Below, piece after piece: positions 29,826-38,674 of a stretch of DNA of 64,000 bases (within the stretch, counting starts at the first letter, position 1; each line of letters opens with the position of its first letter). The DNA lies in the NCBI GenBank assembly GCA_965223335.1, contig OZ244991.1, positions 2,048,001 through 2,112,000 of the forward strand. Direction: 5' to 3'. Source of the DNA: Thermodesulfobacteriota bacterium (GTDB lineage: Bacteria; Desulfobacterota_D; UBA1144; Nemesobacterales; UBA2774). The notes beneath the pieces were generated by a model. The model was not told where the DNA came from. It saw only the letters and a list, made by a program, of their open reading frames with translations, and searched no databases. A program made the translations under genes and the position numbers.

Positions 29826-30098
29826 CTTGAACTCCTTCTTTAGAATTAAATATAATATATGCTAGTTTTCTGTCATTTCAATCTTTTTCTTACTTAAGAA
29901 TCACATAGAACGTTTTTTTATCGGTTTATACACGGCCTGAATTACAAGAAAAGCGCACAGGCGACAAATAATGTCAACCTCTTGCGTATAACGGCATAGC
30001 ATGCGCAAATGTGTCGGTCTTGTCCTCGGGTCCACGTAACAGCCTGAGAATACTGCAATATATTGTCTTATCAATGATAAATTCTCGGTTTTTATCAG

Positions 30099-30115
30099 TT
30101 GGCATGCGGTTTGCA
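30099..30115 (+). promoter_or_regulatory. sigma54 (-24/-12) promoter
   Basis: TTGGCATGCGGTTTGCA fits GG-N10-GC and TGGCA-N6-TTGCW, ending 38 bp upstream of the 30154 ATG. Confidence 0.75.
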
Positions 30116-30153
30116 TATATACATGAGTAAATACTCGTGAAGGAGAGTTAGTC

Positions 30154-30657
30154 ATGCAGAAGGATCTAGGATTGATCACAGTAGCTGTTGAAAACAAAGC
30201 ATCAAACAAAAAGCCCATAAACGTAAAGACACAGGAGATCGAGGGTACTAGAGTTACAAGTTATGCCGAGAAAATCGATGTTGCGTATGAAGACCTGGTT
30301 AATCTTTGTTATGGCTATGGCGAGGTATTGGAGAGTGGGGATATCACAAATATCCATAGTTACTCAACAGTCCGAATGCAGTTGCTAAGCAGTATTGCTG
30401 AGGAGTTCGGGAGTATGGAACTCAATGAAGAGAACAAAAAACTAAACGACCTGTTTTTGAAATCCGTCAACATGTATAAAGAGAGTATATCCTCTATCCA
30501 CAAGGCTACAGGGATATTGCTAGGACTTAAAACAGGGGACAACAAACAAGCCGAAGAAATGATTAACAAGAGTTGGGAAAGCGTTGTGGATGCAAACGAT
30601 ATGTTCTTTGAGTTTGTGTACGAGCATCTTAAATATAAAAGCGAGATTTGCCACTAA
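30154..30657 (+). CDS. Hypothetical helical protein
   Basis: AAGGAG RBS; 167-aa amphipathic helical ORF; no recognised family motif. Confidence 0.7.
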   Translation: MQKDLGLITVAVENKASNKKPINVKTQEIEGTRVTSYAEKIDVAYEDLVNLCYGYGEVLESGDITNIHSYSTVRMQLLSSIAEEFGSMELNEENKKLNDLFLKSVNMYKESISSIHKATGILLGLKTGDNKQAEEMINKSWESVVDANDMFFEFVYEHLKYKSEICH

Positions 30658-30797
30658 ATTTGGTTGTAGTACGGTTGTAGATTTAGATCTATAGTTCTCT
30701 GCAGAGGACGTTTTAAGGAAAACTTTTTTGATGTTAAATCGCTCGTTCGATCCTGATCCCGGGCCATTATCACCTATTTCCAAATACAGATTTAACC

Positions 30798-32954
30798 CTA
30801 ACCCTGTAGAATCTGATCGACTCGCTGGCACTCTTGATGTATATCCTGAGCGATCTGTAAGATATTTTCCGCAGCCTCTTTGGTGGCCTCGGAAGTAATT
30901 AAATCGTTTAGTTCCTCGGAGATGTCCAACCACTTGTTATCGGCTTCCCCGGTTCTCACAAGAAGGTTCTCGAACTCCCATATGGTCTGTTCGGATGTAA
31001 ACGGGTCTACGAGCTTTGTGTAAAGCGGCACGTGGGCGCTCGCAGCACACGCATGGTAACTCTCGAGAATAGATGCTTCGAACTCACCGTGCTTAAGCAG
31101 TGCCGCAGCCTGTTCGAGCTTGGTTTCGGCGTCTTTAAATGTGGGTACTTTCTCTTCCACTGTAGCCCCCGCACATTCTCCCTTTACACCCTTTTGGACC
31201 TCGAATTTCTCCTCTTCGTGGCCCCAGTCCTGATAAAACGAGGGGTCTTCCTCGAACGAGGGAGTTTTTGTGAACTCTGAGATTTCATCTTTTAAACGGT
31301 CTCGGCCCAAACGCTCCATTACATCGTCAAAACTTTCATTATCCTGTTTCTCGTCCCTATAAAGCTCTAAGAACTTCTTCACGACCTTGGGGGCGTTTCG
31401 AGTAGGTACTTTTATTAACGATGTAGCAAGCCTTGTGTCATCTCCGTATAAACCTCCCCCTACATATACCTGTTCAGAGGGCATGTGCCGTCCGTCCACC
31501 GTAAGTGAGGCACCCTGGAAACCTATATTGGCGACCACATGCTGGGCGCATGCATTGGGACAGCCCGAAATTTTAATCTTTAGGTCTTTGGTGAGATCAG
31601 AGAACTCACCCAGCCCGTTTTTCATGTCTTCGTTTAGCTTACCGGCAAGCCCCTTGGCCGAGGTGATGCCCAGTCGGCAGGTGTCTGCTCCGGGACATGC
31701 TGTGATGTCTTCAAATGTGTCGGCTCCGAGTTGAGTGAGCCCCGCGTCGTTTAGTGCCAAATATAAAGCAGGGAGGTCGCGGGTGTTAACCCAGCGCAAC
31801 ATAAAGTTCTGGAGGATTGTTATCCTTATATCGCTAGCCGAAAAAGCTTCTGTGATATCGGCAAGTTGTCGTCCCTGGTCCGAGGTAATATCGCCCCTGT
31901 CTATACGCACATGTACCATGCAGTAGCCGTCTGTGCTGTGCGGTACCACTGAGGACTCTTTCCATGCTATGAACTCAGGGTCCTGTTCTGTGCCCTTCGG
32001 TGCAGTTGGGGCCTCTGATGTGCTCGTAGGTGGGATATCAGTCTCGTGTATATCTTTTAAGTAGTCGTTCCAAGACGGATCGACTTTAAGTACTGTTCTT
32101 TCTTGATCAACAAGTTTTTTGAATTCATCGAAACCTAGTTTTCGGATTAAGAACTTCATGCGTGCCTTCATCCTTACTTTTCTTTCACCGTATCTGTCGA
32201 ATATGCGTATCACCGATGCCGAGAAGGGTATCATCTCTTCTACAGGCATAAACTCTGTCCAAAGGTGTCCGAGTGAGGGCGAGGCCCCTAGCCCGCCGCC
32301 TACATATACCTGGAACCCCCGTGTTTTCACACCCCCAACATCTTTTATCCTGGCCCTGAAACCGAGGTCGTGTATACGCATCCCTGCGTGGTCTTTATCT
32401 TGGCAGGATTCAAAGCAGACCTTGAACTTCCTGCCCATATTTTGGCATATGGGGTTACGCAGCATAAAGTGCACAAAGGCCTCGGCATATGGGGTGACGT
32501 CAAAAGAGTCGTCGGGGGATACACCGGACTCGTGGCACGCGGTGACGTTTCGCACGGTGTTGCCGCATGCTTCTCGGGTGGTGATGCCCACGTCTGCGAG
32601 CTCCCTCATCATATTGGGTACGGTGTCTATGGTGATGTAGTAGAGCTGTATGTCTTGGCGGGTTGTGAGGTGCATAAACCCGCTTGCGTATTTGTCGGAT
32701 ACGTCTGCAAGCCGCCTTAGCTGTGGGGCGTTTAGGCCGCCGTAGGGGATCTTTATGCGCTGCATTTGCACACCCTCTTGGCGCTGGGCATAGGTGCCGA
32801 GCTGAAGGCGGATTTTTTGGAATTTAATCTCGCCGATGAGGCCGGCTAGATAGTCTTGGATCTGACTTTCGTAGAGTCTTAGTTCTTCGCGCACGTCTGG
32901 GGGCAGATCGCGCTTGATCTGTTTCATAGATTTCGTTTTCACTTGGAGTTCCAT
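30798..32954 (-). CDS. Ferredoxin-type nitrite/sulfite reductase hemoprotein with C-terminal extension
   Basis: HLTTRQDIQ, ACGNTVRNVTAC and RKFK; siroheme/4Fe-4S ligands CPGADTC and SGCPNAC. Confidence 0.92.
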   Translation of the reverse strand: MELQVKTKSMKQIKRDLPPDVREELRLYESQIQDYLAGLIGEIKFQKIRLQLGTYAQRQEGVQMQRIKIPYGGLNAPQLRRLADVSDKYASGFMHLTTRQDIQLYYITIDTVPNMMRELADVGITTREACGNTVRNVTACHESGVSPDDSFDVTPYAEAFVHFMLRNPICQNMGRKFKVCFESCQDKDHAGMRIHDLGFRARIKDVGGVKTRGFQVYVGGGLGASPSLGHLWTEFMPVEEMIPFSASVIRIFDRYGERKVRMKARMKFLIRKLGFDEFKKLVDQERTVLKVDPSWNDYLKDIHETDIPPTSTSEAPTAPKGTEQDPEFIAWKESSVVPHSTDGYCMVHVRIDRGDITSDQGRQLADITEAFSASDIRITILQNFMLRWVNTRDLPALYLALNDAGLTQLGADTFEDITACPGADTCRLGITSAKGLAGKLNEDMKNGLGEFSDLTKDLKIKISGCPNACAQHVVANIGFQGASLTVDGRHMPSEQVYVGGGLYGDDTRLATSLIKVPTRNAPKVVKKFLELYRDEKQDNESFDDVMERLGRDRLKDEISEFTKTPSFEEDPSFYQDWGHEEEKFEVQKGVKGECAGATVEEKVPTFKDAETKLEQAAALLKHGEFEASILESYHACAASAHVPLYTKLVDPFTSEQTIWEFENLLVRTGEADNKWLDISEELNDLITSEATKEAAENILQIAQDIHQECQRVDQILQG

Positions 32955-32991
32955 AACCTCACCTTAGGTTGATAAATATAGGTATTTCTGC

Positions 32992-33047
32992 ATACATTTA
33001 ACTATTTGAGATCAATATATTCTAAATGTATCCGATTACAATTTCAA
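32992..33047 (-). promoter_or_regulatory. Promoter and inverted-repeat operator upstream of the sulfite/nitrite reductase
   Basis: Minus-strand TTGAAA-N17-TAGAAT (33047-33019), overlapped by the perfect inverted repeat ATACATTTA-N22-TAAATGTAT (32992-33031). Confidence 0.55.
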
Positions 33048-33066
33048 ATATGCGATTTGATTGTAC

Positions 33067-33900
33067 TTAGTCGTGGTTGTCGAGGTGATTGCCGCAGTAT
33101 TTACAGTGCTTGGCGTCTTGATCGTGCCCTTCTTTGCTGCATTCCCTACAAGCCCTTGCCGTAATGCCTTCTTTGAATACTTGGGATAGCTCTACCGTGA
33201 CAATGCCCGTGGGCACTGCGATTATGCTGTATCCCGTTATCATAACAATGACTGAAAGAGCCTGTCCTAGGCTTGTTTGAGGAGCAATATCGCCGTAACC
33301 GACTGTGGTGAGTGTAACTATAGCCCAGTAGATGCTGAGAGGGATGCTCGTAAACCCGTTTTCAGCCCCCTCTACCATATACATGAGCGAGCCGAGTACT
33401 ACCACTACACTTATAACTGCAAATAGAAACACTGTGATCTTTCTGCTGCTGGCCTTGATAGCTTTAACAAGCATGTTGGCTTCGCCGACGTATTTTGCGA
33501 GTTTTAGTATCCTGAATATTCGGAGGACCCTAAGAATCCTGATTACGAGCAGGAACCTGGTGCCGGGTAGCAACAGATCGAGGTAGGTGGGGATCACTGT
33601 GAGCAAATCAACCACACCGAAAAAACTGGTTGCGTATTTTCTGGGTCTATTTACACTTATTAGTCTTAAGATGTATTCAATTGAAAAAAGTATTGTGAAT
33701 ATCCATTCCAGAGCGTAGAGGAGGCCCTCGTATCGGCGACCGATAGATTCGACGCTGTCAAGCATCACGGCAATAACACTCGCGATGATGCATATGATGA
33801 GTCCTACATCAAAGAGTTTGCCAGCCTTGGTGTCTGCTTCAAAAATGATTTCGTAAATTTTATATCGCCAGCTGCTCTTTGGTGATTGGTCGTCTCTCAT
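33067..33900 (-). CDS. Voltage-gated-type potassium channel (6 TM)
   Basis: S4 segment RILRVLRIFRILK; TTVGYGD selectivity filter; C-terminal CREC...CKYCG zinc ribbon. Confidence 0.95.
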   Translation of the reverse strand: MRDDQSPKSSWRYKIYEIIFEADTKAGKLFDVGLIICIIASVIAVMLDSVESIGRRYEGLLYALEWIFTILFSIEYILRLISVNRPRKYATSFFGVVDLLTVIPTYLDLLLPGTRFLLVIRILRVLRIFRILKLAKYVGEANMLVKAIKASSRKITVFLFAVISVVVVLGSLMYMVEGAENGFTSIPLSIYWAIVTLTTVGYGDIAPQTSLGQALSVIVMITGYSIIAVPTGIVTVELSQVFKEGITARACRECSKEGHDQDAKHCKYCGNHLDNHD

Positions 33901-34064
33901 TTTATATCTCCGAGAATTTGGACAATGTTGAGATTATTATAAAAGCAAATCGGTATATGTATCAAATAGAATCAGAATATGTGCACACAAATAGTACTTA
34001 TATATCAACAATATTGTTTCAGCGGGATCGTAGGATATCTTATTAATGCGTAGAGAGGCTGAGT

Positions 34065-34439
34065 ATGAAACAGTTGATAATCACACCCGAGAGTCTGATA
34101 TCGAATGAAGAGGTGGAGTTGATACCGTCCATAATGTCTAAGACCGAGTACCTTAGGAATAAGATATATGACGGCATCGAGGTGTGGGTTGTGGGTAGGA
34201 ACAACGAAGATTTCTGGGCAGACATAATTACGCCGAAGCAAAAGAACAATCAAGTGGTAGACCCGATCGATATGAACCCTATAAATGTCGACAGGTTTAT
34301 TTTACACGTTGCTACTATGATTGATTCCGAGTCGGGAGAGGAAAAGCTTGTATTTGGGAACACTGACGACACACTTTATATCTTTGTCTTAGCGGTACTC
34401 AATAGAATCCACAGACTTCATTCTGAGTATACCAAGTAA
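34065..34439 (+). CDS. Hypothetical protein
   Basis: 124-aa ORF with GAGG RBS, filling the gap between the K+ channel gene and the tRNA. Confidence 0.6.
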   Translation: MKQLIITPESLISNEEVELIPSIMSKTEYLRNKIYDGIEVWVVGRNNEDFWADIITPKQKNNQVVDPIDMNPINVDRFILHVATMIDSESGEEKLVFGNTDDTLYIFVLAVLNRIHRLHSEYTK

Positions 34440-34469
34440 GAGTTGTTAATTGAAAGCGGTTAAGAGATG

Positions 34470-34555
34470 TGGTGCCGAAGGCGGGAGTCGAACCCGCACG
34501 CCCGTTGGGCACTGCCCCCTCAAGACAGCGCGTCTGCCAATTCCGCCACTTCGGC
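34470..34555 (-). tRNA. tRNA-Leu (anticodon GAG)
   Basis: Minus strand GCCGAAGTGGCGGAATTGGCAGACGCGCTGTCTTGAGGGGGCAG...GGGTTCGACTCCCGCCTTCGGCACCA: cloverleaf, long variable arm, encoded CCA. Confidence 0.97.
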
Positions 34556-34619
34556 ACGAGTAATGAGGAGCAATAAAAGTAGCATAAATAGAGCAAAATT
34601 CAATCTGCTCGACCCCGAG

Positions 34620-35852
34620 CTAGGCCCCGTATTTTTGCAACCGCCCGGCGTGTGCGAGCACAAGTGTCATGAGCTCTTTGGCAGGGAAAGTGCCCAGCTC
34701 GCCGCGTAAGCACTCGGACTCGGAAAACCCGCCTACTCCCATGGCCCCAGTGCCCCGAGCATAGTCGGATGCAATCAGGATCGGTACAGGGTGCCAGCTG
34801 TGGGATTTCATGGTTGCCGGTGTGGAGTGGTCGCCCGTTACCACAAGTACATCGGGTTTAAGTGACAATATTTCAGGTACAAATTCGTCAAACTCTTCTA
34901 TTACACCTACTTTACCGTCAAAGTTGCCGTCCTCGCCGTAGCTGTCGGTCTTTTTCACATGGAAGTAGAAAAAGTCGTATTTATCGAAGTCACGCTTTAG
35001 AGTCTCGACCTCGCTCTCTATAGAGGTGTCTTTGACCTCGAGCACATCCATGCCCACCAGTTTGGCAACGCCTCGGTACATGGGGTATGTGGCTATGCAT
35101 GCTGCGCTTAGCCCATAGGCTTCGGAGTAAGAGGATAGATTGGGGTGGACGGCGATGCCGCGAAGGAGTATGTAGTTGGCTGTGGGCTCGTCTTTTATAG
35201 CATCGGCTGCGGCATGGATGAATTTATCTATGACCCCAGCTACTTTGGCAGCGTTGGGGTTGGAGCCTTCGGGTGCGAGAGGGGCTTTGCCCTCGAGCTG
35301 GGGGTCAGTGTCCTCGATATGGTCGCTGCCCTCGGGCAGGGGCTCGGGGAAGCTCAGGACTACTGCGATCCTGTGTTCCATGCCGGGGGTTATTGAGATT
35401 TTAACACCGTCGATCTCATTAACCGCTTTATTAATTTTGTTTACTATTCGTTTGTTCTCTTCGGTGGGGATACGCCCTGCCCTACGGTCTTTCACAATGG
35501 GTGTGCCGTTTTGGTAGTCCACCGTGGCAAAGTTGCCCCTGATCGCGATATCGTTGGGTGTGAGCTCTATGCCGAGCCCTAGTGCTTCCAGCACCCCGCG
35601 TCCTATGGCGTATTTAAGCGGGTCATAACCAAAGAGCCCCAGGTGTGCTGCACCGCTGCCCGGTGTGATACCGGTGGCCACGGGCAGGTGATGTCCAGTC
35701 GCACATGCCCTTGCCAGGTTGTCCAGGTTGGGCGTGTGGGCGGCCTCAAGCTCTGTCTTGCCGTTTTTGGGGAGCCCCCCTACCCCGTCTAGGACTACAA
35801 GCACTATTTTGCTGTCATTCTTTTGAACTATCTTTTTTATGACTTCCTGCAT
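34620..35852 (-). CDS. apgM: 2,3-bisphosphoglycerate-independent phosphoglycerate mutase (ApgM type)
   Basis: LDGVGG, TELEAA.TPNLD, PGSG.AHL.LFGYDP, KKTDSYGEDG and TGDHSTP...HSWHPVP motifs. Confidence 0.92.
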   Translation of the reverse strand: MQEVIKKIVQKNDSKIVLVVLDGVGGLPKNGKTELEAAHTPNLDNLARACATGHHLPVATGITPGSGAAHLGLFGYDPLKYAIGRGVLEALGLGIELTPNDIAIRGNFATVDYQNGTPIVKDRRAGRIPTEENKRIVNKINKAVNEIDGVKISITPGMEHRIAVVLSFPEPLPEGSDHIEDTDPQLEGKAPLAPEGSNPNAAKVAGVIDKFIHAAADAIKDEPTANYILLRGIAVHPNLSSYSEAYGLSAACIATYPMYRGVAKLVGMDVLEVKDTSIESEVETLKRDFDKYDFFYFHVKKTDSYGEDGNFDGKVGVIEEFDEFVPEILSLKPDVLVVTGDHSTPATMKSHSWHPVPILIASDYARGTGAMGVGGFSESECLRGELGTFPAKELMTLVLAHAGRLQKYGA

Positions 35853-35888
35853 TAAAACACCTCTTAGGGAATGTAATTATAACAGTTT

Positions 35889-36659
35889 CTAGCCGGGGTC
35901 GCTGAGCTCGAACTCCATGCCGTCGTACGCAGGCTCAATGCCGCTTGGGAGTTCGGAGGAGAGTTTATCATAATCAAGCTCGTGGCCCATATGTGTGAAC
36001 ACCGCGCACTTGGGATTTAAGAGTTTTACGGCCTCGATAGCCTGTTCTACGTTAAAGTGTGCCGGGTGCGGTCGGTAACGAAGAGCGCTTATGATTAGGA
36101 GTTCCAGGTCCTCGAGGTCGGGTAGTGATTCCTCGGGAATAGCACTGCAGTCTGTAAGATAGGCCATATTGCCGATCCTGTAGCCCAGGATTGCCCACTT
36201 TGCATGGCCAATGTTTATGGGCTTTACCTTAACACCGTCTAAGTTGATTGCGGAGTTGATCTCGTTAAGTTCCAGTTTGGGTTTGCCGCCTGCGGAGTAG
36301 GATTCGTCGAATATATATGAGAAGTTTGACCTTAGGTTAGATGCGGTCTCAGCGTTTGCATAGCACGGGATCACAGTCTTATTAATAAAGTTATATGTGC
36401 GAAGGTCGTCTATGCCGTGGGTGTGGTCAGCGTGGGAGTGGGTGTAAAACACAGCGTCTATCTTGGTCAGCTTGTGTCTAAGTGCCTGAAAACGCATATC
36501 GGTAGATGTATCGATCAATATGTGCTTGCCCAGTGCCTCTATATATACAGAGCAGCGGGTTCTTTGGTTTTTAGGGTTTTTAGAGGTGCAAACCTCGCAA
36601 CTGCACCCTACAATAGGCACGCCAGTTGATGTGGCACACCCGAGAATTATTACCCTCAT
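35889..36659 (-). CDS. Metallo-beta-lactamase-fold phosphodiesterase (PhnP-like)
   Basis: GCATSTGVP..GC.C.VC, THSHADHTHGIDDLR and AYLTD motifs. Confidence 0.92.
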   Translation of the reverse strand: MRVIILGCATSTGVPIVGCSCEVCTSKNPKNQRTRCSVYIEALGKHILIDTSTDMRFQALRHKLTKIDAVFYTHSHADHTHGIDDLRTYNFINKTVIPCYANAETASNLRSNFSYIFDESYSAGGKPKLELNEINSAINLDGVKVKPINIGHAKWAILGYRIGNMAYLTDCSAIPEESLPDLEDLELLIISALRYRPHPAHFNVEQAIEAVKLLNPKCAVFTHMGHELDYDKLSSELPSGIEPAYDGMEFELSDPG

Positions 36660-36718
36660 GCAGAAAAACTTAGCATTATCTATAAATCAATGCAAAACCC
36701 AAGCCCGCAAATAATCGG

Positions 36719-36747
36719 TTGAAATACAAAAAATGTTAAAGTAAAAT
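36719..36747 (+). promoter_or_regulatory. sigma70-type promoter for the amidase gene
   Basis: TTGAAA-N17-TAAAAT. Confidence 0.5.
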
Positions 36748-36799
36748 ATCAAACATTATTTACAAGCGCAAGAAAAAATAATATAATTGGGAACATACT

Positions 36800-38533
36800 G
36801 TGAACCCACAAAGGTACGTGCGCCTAGCGCTGACATTGATTTTACTCATAGTTTCCTTTGATCCGGCAATTGCGAAGGATAAGGGCGAGGAGCTGTACAA
36901 AGACACGCTTGGACTCTATAGGAGTCTGGCTGCAGACCCTAACAAGGCCGGGGACGTGAGGATCTGGGAAACCTTAGCTAAAGCCTTCTACAGCATCTAC
37001 AGGGACTATCCCGAGAGCTCTAAGGCACCTAATACACTGTTTCTTTCGGCAAAAATGTATGAAGAGATGGGCGAGAGGTTTAACTCGCAAGAGGGTTATG
37101 AAAAAGCTCTCGAATACGCAGAGATGTTTGTTATACAGTACCCCGACAGCAACCTTACCGACGACTCGCAGATACGAATTGCCAGAATAATTGAAAAGGA
37201 TAGTAAAAAACAGGCCTACACTGAGTATGAGAAGGTGATTACTGAGTACCCCCAGGGGGATATGGTCCCTGTTGCCAAGAACAAGGTTAAAGAGCTCGAG
37301 CTGTTTAAGCCCAAAGACTCGGAACGAAATGAAATAGCCCGCAAGACCAAAAAGTCCAAGAGATCTAATAAATCCTCTAGGGGCGGGCTGGTAAATATTA
37401 ATAAGATACGTCACTGGTCCACGGATAACTACACCAGGGTTGTAATACATGTGGACGAGAAGATGGACTATAAGCCCTATTTCTTAAAGGCAGACCCCAA
37501 AAACGGTAAACCCCCGCGTCTCTATGTAGATATCCCTGGCACAAAGGTGGATAAAAACATGTACCTGCAGCCTATAACCAATGGGCTATTGGAGGATATA
37601 AAGTTTGCACGGAACACCGCAGACACAGTGCGGGTGGTGCTATACATAAATAGTTTCGAGAATTACAAGGTGTTTTCGTTGAACGACCCCTACAGGATTG
37701 TGATGGATATACACGGTAACCCCGATAAAACCGGCGACCTGTATGCAAAGCAGAGGAAGGGTAAAAGGACTTCTACACTGCCGGGGCTTCCTGACGATGA
37801 GGTCGAGAACCTTCGTACCGCACTTGGGCTTAAGATAAACACAATTGTGATTGATCCAGGGCACGGAGGGCATGACCCGGGGGCGATAGGGCCAAGCGGG
37901 CTTAAGGAAAAGGATGTGGCGCTTAAGATCGCCAAGGCGCTTAAGAAAAAACTCGAGAAGGACGGTAAGCAGTTTGGTGTCGAAAAGGTCTATCTGACAA
38001 GGGAAAACGACAGGTTTATCCCGCTTGAGGAACGCACGGGTATAGCTAGAAAACTCGGGGCCGACCTGTTTATTTCAATCCATTGTAATGCAGCCAAGAG
38101 TAAACACGCTCATGGTATAGAGACATATATACTTAGTTTTACAAACGACAAGAGAGCGCTTGCGGTAGCTGCGAGGGAAAACGCTACCACGCAGCGGAGC
38201 CTAAGCGATATGAAGGACATTGTGAAACAGTACCTGCTTAGCTCCAAGTTAGAGGAGTCGGAGCGCTTTGCCAACCATGTGCAGGGTTCGGTTGTACGAA
38301 ACGTCTCGGACCACTACGACTCGGTTAAAAACAAGGGTGTCAAGAAAGCACCGTTTGTTGTGTTGATCGGTGCCGATATCCCGAGCATCTTGGTCGAGAC
38401 CTCGTTCATTTCAAACCCCAGAGAAGAGAAGAGGCTTAAAGAGAGCAAGTACATAGATGAGATTGCCGCAGGCATCTTTAGCGGTGTGAAGTATTACTCA
38501 TCAGAGGTAAAGACGGCTTACCTAAGCGATTAG
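36800..38533 (+). CDS. N-acetylmuramoyl-L-alanine amidase (Amidase_3) with N-terminal TPR-like repeats and AMIN domain
   Basis: Signal peptide; YP.S TPR turns; TRVVI and PPRLYVDI AMIN motifs; IDPGHGG, EKD, FISIHCNA and LVETSFISN. Confidence 0.93.
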   Translation: MNPQRYVRLALTLILLIVSFDPAIAKDKGEELYKDTLGLYRSLAADPNKAGDVRIWETLAKAFYSIYRDYPESSKAPNTLFLSAKMYEEMGERFNSQEGYEKALEYAEMFVIQYPDSNLTDDSQIRIARIIEKDSKKQAYTEYEKVITEYPQGDMVPVAKNKVKELELFKPKDSERNEIARKTKKSKRSNKSSRGGLVNINKIRHWSTDNYTRVVIHVDEKMDYKPYFLKADPKNGKPPRLYVDIPGTKVDKNMYLQPITNGLLEDIKFARNTADTVRVVLYINSFENYKVFSLNDPYRIVMDIHGNPDKTGDLYAKQRKGKRTSTLPGLPDDEVENLRTALGLKINTIVIDPGHGGHDPGAIGPSGLKEKDVALKIAKALKKKLEKDGKQFGVEKVYLTRENDRFIPLEERTGIARKLGADLFISIHCNAAKSKHAHGIETYILSFTNDKRALAVAARENATTQRSLSDMKDIVKQYLLSSKLEESERFANHVQGSVVRNVSDHYDSVKNKGVKKAPFVVLIGADIPSILVETSFISNPREEKRLKESKYIDEIAAGIFSGVKYYSSEVKTAYLSD

Positions 38534-38674
38534 ATCCCCTCCTCACCTCTTCACTCGCCTCCCCACCTTTAATCAGCCGTATATATGGTTTTTATAGATA
38601 ACCGGTCATGTTATTATTCTCTCGGTGTATATTAGTCAAGCACTCTTTAACGTGGGCCGTCACGCAACCTTGTT

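Noticed and set aside
33900..34470. Genomic island integrated at the tRNA-Leu 3' end
   Set aside because: No adjacent integrase, and I found no duplicate of the tRNA 3' end in the window.
34399..34709. Short ORFs overlapping the tRNA
   Set aside because: They are shadow translations of the tRNA-Leu gene.
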